From NCBI GenBank assembly GCA_019057815.1, contig JAHLWR010000010.1:73732-137731 (forward strand): 64,000 nucleotides of DNA, in the 5' to 3' direction. Under the pieces are notes generated by a model. That model was not told where the DNA came from and searched no databases. It worked only from the letters and a program-made list of their open reading frames with translations. The stretch's first letter is position 1. Each line of letters starts with the position of its first letter. The DNA comes from Candidatus Heimdallarchaeota archaeon (GTDB lineage: Archaea; Asgardarchaeota; Heimdallarchaeia; Heimdallarchaeales; Heimdallarchaeaceae). Position numbers and translations under genes: made by a program. Below are positions 61,038 through 64,000 of this stretch, piece after piece.

Positions 61038-62421
61038 TGGGACAGTTAGCGCGAATATTAAGAGAGTTTTTATAAGAATCTCTAGATAAAAAAGAGATGA
61101 CAACAGTTCTGAGAGTGGAATGTATAGAAGTGAAATATCATCCAGCGTTAAGCACACTGTGTCATCGAGTAAAGAATCTCTATAATCGAGCAAACTTTCT
61201 GATAAAAAGATCATTAAACAAAGAGAAGAAAATTCTGTTCTACAACGACTTGAATAAGTTACTTAAGCAAGAAGAGTGTTACCGTGTGCTTCCTGCGCAC
61301 ACCGCACAGCACACACTTAAACTCCTGTGTAGAAACTGGAAAGGGTTTTTTCAAGCGTTAAAGGAGTGGAAAAGCAATCCTGAGCAGTTCTTCGCTATGC
61401 CAAAACCACCGAATTACAAACCCAAGAACGGGGAAGTGGTAGCGATTTTCACCAACCAGCAAGCAAGTATCGTCAACGAGTGGTTAGTGCTTCCAAAGAA
61501 AGTGGGATACTATTATAAAACACGATTGACTTCCATTACAAAGCTAAGAGAAGTGCGAATCGTCCCCCGAAGAGTGGGTTATACCCTTGAACTTGTGTAT
61601 CAGAAAACCTTACCTAAAGTCCAGAAACGGATGATACGTAAGGGAGCGGTAGATTTAGGGATGGTCAACCTTGCCACCTTTGTGGATAACCTCGGGAACC
61701 AACCGATTGTTATCAAGGATGCAGGGAAAGGAATAAAGAGTATAACACAATTCTATTTGAAAAAACAGAAACAATTACAGATCCAATATGCTCAACAGCA
61801 AAGGCAGCTACTGAAAGGAAACACTAGGCTCAGTTATGGGCAAGCCTACTACAAGCTTAAGGAGAAGTGGCGAAGGAAACTTAAAGAAGCTATCCACCAG
61901 CTCACTTGTTACTTGGTAGACTTGTGGGTAGAACGAGGGCTACATGAGGTGATTATCGGCTACAACAAGAAATGGAAACAAGGGATGCATTTCTGGAAGA
62001 AGATAACCCAAATGTTTGTCACCATCCCCTTCATGCGAATCATCGACATCTTACGCTACAAAGCAGCAGAGAGAGGGATAAACGTGGAGACCATCCCCGA
62101 AAAGTATACCTCTAAATGTAGTTTCCTTGATAACGAATTCCCAGAAGCTAGGAAGCACTATGCTGGAAAACGGATAACTCGAGGCTTGTTTAGATCCTCT
62201 CATGGTCATCTGATCAACGCTGATGTCAATGCTGCCTACAATATCTTGAAAAAAAGCGATCCGAAAGCTTTACCTAAATGTAAGGTGAACGGGGTAGGAG
62301 GATACGTGATGTATCCGCTTAGAGTGAGTATAGACCATCTCCTGTGTGCTATATGTTGACCTCTAAGGAATACGCTCACCTATGTCTGTCGTATAAGACA
62401 ACAGGACAAAAACTCATCATG
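60990..62421 (+). mobile_element. IS200/IS605-family TnpB-only element (copy 2) inserted in peptidase gene
   Basis: Ends match copy 1 (atgggtttttgtcttg... and ...actcatcatg). Flanked by the two halves of one ORF. Preceded by TTATG. Boundaries are uncertain by about 3 nt. Confidence 0.6.
61097..62359 (+). CDS. tnpB: TnpB-like endonuclease, zinc-finger-less variant (paralog of 31382-32638)
   Basis: 420 aa, about 75% identical to copy 1. AVDLGMVNL ... HLINADVNAAYNIL. Confidence 0.85.
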   Translation: MTTVLRVECIEVKYHPALSTLCHRVKNLYNRANFLIKRSLNKEKKILFYNDLNKLLKQEECYRVLPAHTAQHTLKLLCRNWKGFFQALKEWKSNPEQFFAMPKPPNYKPKNGEVVAIFTNQQASIVNEWLVLPKKVGYYYKTRLTSITKLREVRIVPRRVGYTLELVYQKTLPKVQKRMIRKGAVDLGMVNLATFVDNLGNQPIVIKDAGKGIKSITQFYLKKQKQLQIQYAQQQRQLLKGNTRLSYGQAYYKLKEKWRRKLKEAIHQLTCYLVDLWVERGLHEVIIGYNKKWKQGMHFWKKITQMFVTIPFMRIIDILRYKAAERGINVETIPEKYTSKCSFLDNEFPEARKHYAGKRITRGLFRSSHGHLINADVNAAYNILKKSDPKALPKCKVNGVGGYVMYPLRVSIDHLLCAIC

Positions 62422-63270
62422 AATGGATATGGTAAAACAATAGGACTTGTTCAATTAATGGAGCTTGGAAATATTGAAACCCCTATTGCTCTAACCAATA
62501 CTTTTAATGTTCCTGTTGTAGCTGATGCTCTAATTGATTACTCAATTGTCCAAAACCCTGACATAGGAATCACTACTTCAACTGTTAACCCTGTAGTTTG
62601 TGAATGCAGTGATGGTTACTTGAATGATATTCAAGGTAGGCATGTTAAGAAACATCATGTACTGGAAGCAATAAAAAATGCTTCAAATAAAGTAACAGAG
62701 GGAAATGTGGGAGCTGGAACTGGTATGATGGCATTTGGACTAAAAGCTGGAGTTGGCACAGCATCTAGAATAATCGAATCAGAAGATGCTAAATTTGCAC
62801 TTGGTGTTCTGGTTTTGTCCAATTTTGGAAGAAGAGAAGATTTGAGGTTTCTTGGTAAGAAAATCGATTTGAGCCCAGAAAATGAGCATAACAATCGAGA
62901 AAAAAATACAGGAGGATCAATAATTGTAATAGTAGCTACTGAAGCTCCTTTGACTTCTAGACAATTGAATAGAATCTGTAAACGAGCTCCTCTTGGCATA
63001 TCTAGAACAGGAGGGTATGCAGCCCATTCTTCAGGAGATATTATCATTGGTTTTTCCACAAAAAATACTCTTAATCATGATGATAAGAATGTTAAGAGAG
63101 AGATTGAAGTTGTGAATGAAAACTCAAAAGAATTTCAAAAACTACTTGTTGCTACAGTTGATGTTACAGAAGAAGCAATACTTAACTCATTGTTAATGGC
63201 TGAAACAATTGATGGTAGAGATAATCATGAAGCTCCTTCCCTCGATATTAATAGACTAAAGCAAGTATAA
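62422..63270 (+). pseudogene. C-terminal part of DmpA/S58 peptidase gene
   Basis: NGYGKTIGLV...NVGAGTGMMAFG...GGSIIVIVATEAPL... continues the N-terminal fragment in frame (ASAFVM|NGYGK). Confidence 0.6.
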
Positions 63271-63280
63271 ATTACATAAA

Positions 63281-63877
63281 TTACTTTGATAAATCTTCAA
63301 TTATCTTACCTATTTGTTCCTTTAATTTCTCAACATTAAGACTTTCTTCAGCTTCATTGAGCAGTTTAGCTGCTTCATTATAATATTCTAACGCTGATTC
63401 TTTCTTACCTGCTTGAGCCTTTAATTCCCCTAATTGAGTGATATTAGAGTAATGTATACCACGTTGCTCTTTAGAAAATTTAGTACTATCAATTTGATTT
63501 TGGTTCAGATTTTGTAAATAGGTTAGATTCGATTTTATTAGTTGGTCATCTTTCATTAGATCATCATGCCCAGACACTATAAATTTAACATCACGGGTTA
63601 AGTATTCTTCAAGCGTTTCAATATAGGTTCCAATATTCAGAATGCGAATATACGGATAAGGGAACTCAAGATTGTCTCCAACAAAAAGAACTTTATCCAC
63701 ACGATCATAACACGATGAGGAATCTTCAGTGTGACCAGGAGAATGATAAAATTCAACCCCATCCTCCAAAAATAATTTTTTTTCTTTAAAAACCGCATTT
63801 GGAAGTGTTAGAGTTATTTCTCCTCTTCTATGACTCTTATATTTTTTAAGATCACCCTCTCCTTCATCTTTAATCAT
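63281..63877 (-). pseudogene. C-terminal fragment of an MBL-fold hydrolase paralog
   Basis: Aligns to residues ~130-290 of 9484-10359, but the HxHxDH N-terminal half is missing. Upstream lies a palindrome and an IS-end-like motif. Confidence 0.45.
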
Positions 63878-64000
63878 TTTTCTGCATAATTCATGAGCAA
63901 GAATTATAGAATCTTTAAATTCACTGTTACCGTGATTTTAAATCACAGCTAATCTAGAAAAATCTAGACAGAGGGATTAGACAGGGGGACTGAGGAATCA

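Noticed and set aside
1-64000. CRISPR arrays, rRNA and tRNA genes
   Set aside because: No short direct repeats with regular spacers, no rRNA-like conserved blocks, and no GC-rich ~75-nt tRNA-like islands. The only GC-rich intergenic islands are IS ends and the 110-nt repeat element.

Overview
AT-rich (~30% GC) archaeal chromosomal segment. Gene content (many WD40, TPR and winged-helix proteins, eukaryote-like ubiquitin-family enzymes, tungsten aldehyde oxidoreductase, PiT, several IS200/IS605-type TnpB elements) fits an Asgard archaeon (Lokiarchaeia-like); the lineage call is inference only. I support about 50 coding regions. These include a duplicated nitroreductase, MBL-fold hydrolases, GNAT acetyltransferases, a family-4 uracil-DNA glycosylase, two ThiF-type E1-like enzymes, a large surface-protein plus C25-like peptidase cluster, a DUF47-PiT phosphate transport pair, an SCP2 / Fe-alcohol dehydrogenase / aldehyde:ferredoxin oxidoreductase cluster, an SPFH protein, and four TnpB-only IS elements. 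One TnpB element has GC near 50%. One has split a DmpA/S58 peptidase gene. Two sit on gene 3' ends. The standout locus is a minus-strand cassette at 39035-43732 encoding UBA5-like E1, JAMM/MPN metalloprotease, a UFM1-like beta-grasp protein ending in -VG with no C-terminal extension, a UFC1-like E2, a multi-winged-helix (UFL1/DDRGK1-like) protein and a 220-aa unknown. A WD40/coiled-coil/WH protein is transcribed divergently from it. This is a candidate prokaryotic UFMylation-like conjugation system. Other notable structure: a 110-nt GC-rich structured element present twice; two pairs of ~550-bp direct repeats bracketing 5-kb and 3.7-kb segments; an orphan copy of a TnpB right-end hairpin; a long acidic pentapeptide tandem-repeat protein; several pseudogene fragments. 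No rRNA, tRNA or CRISPR array seen.
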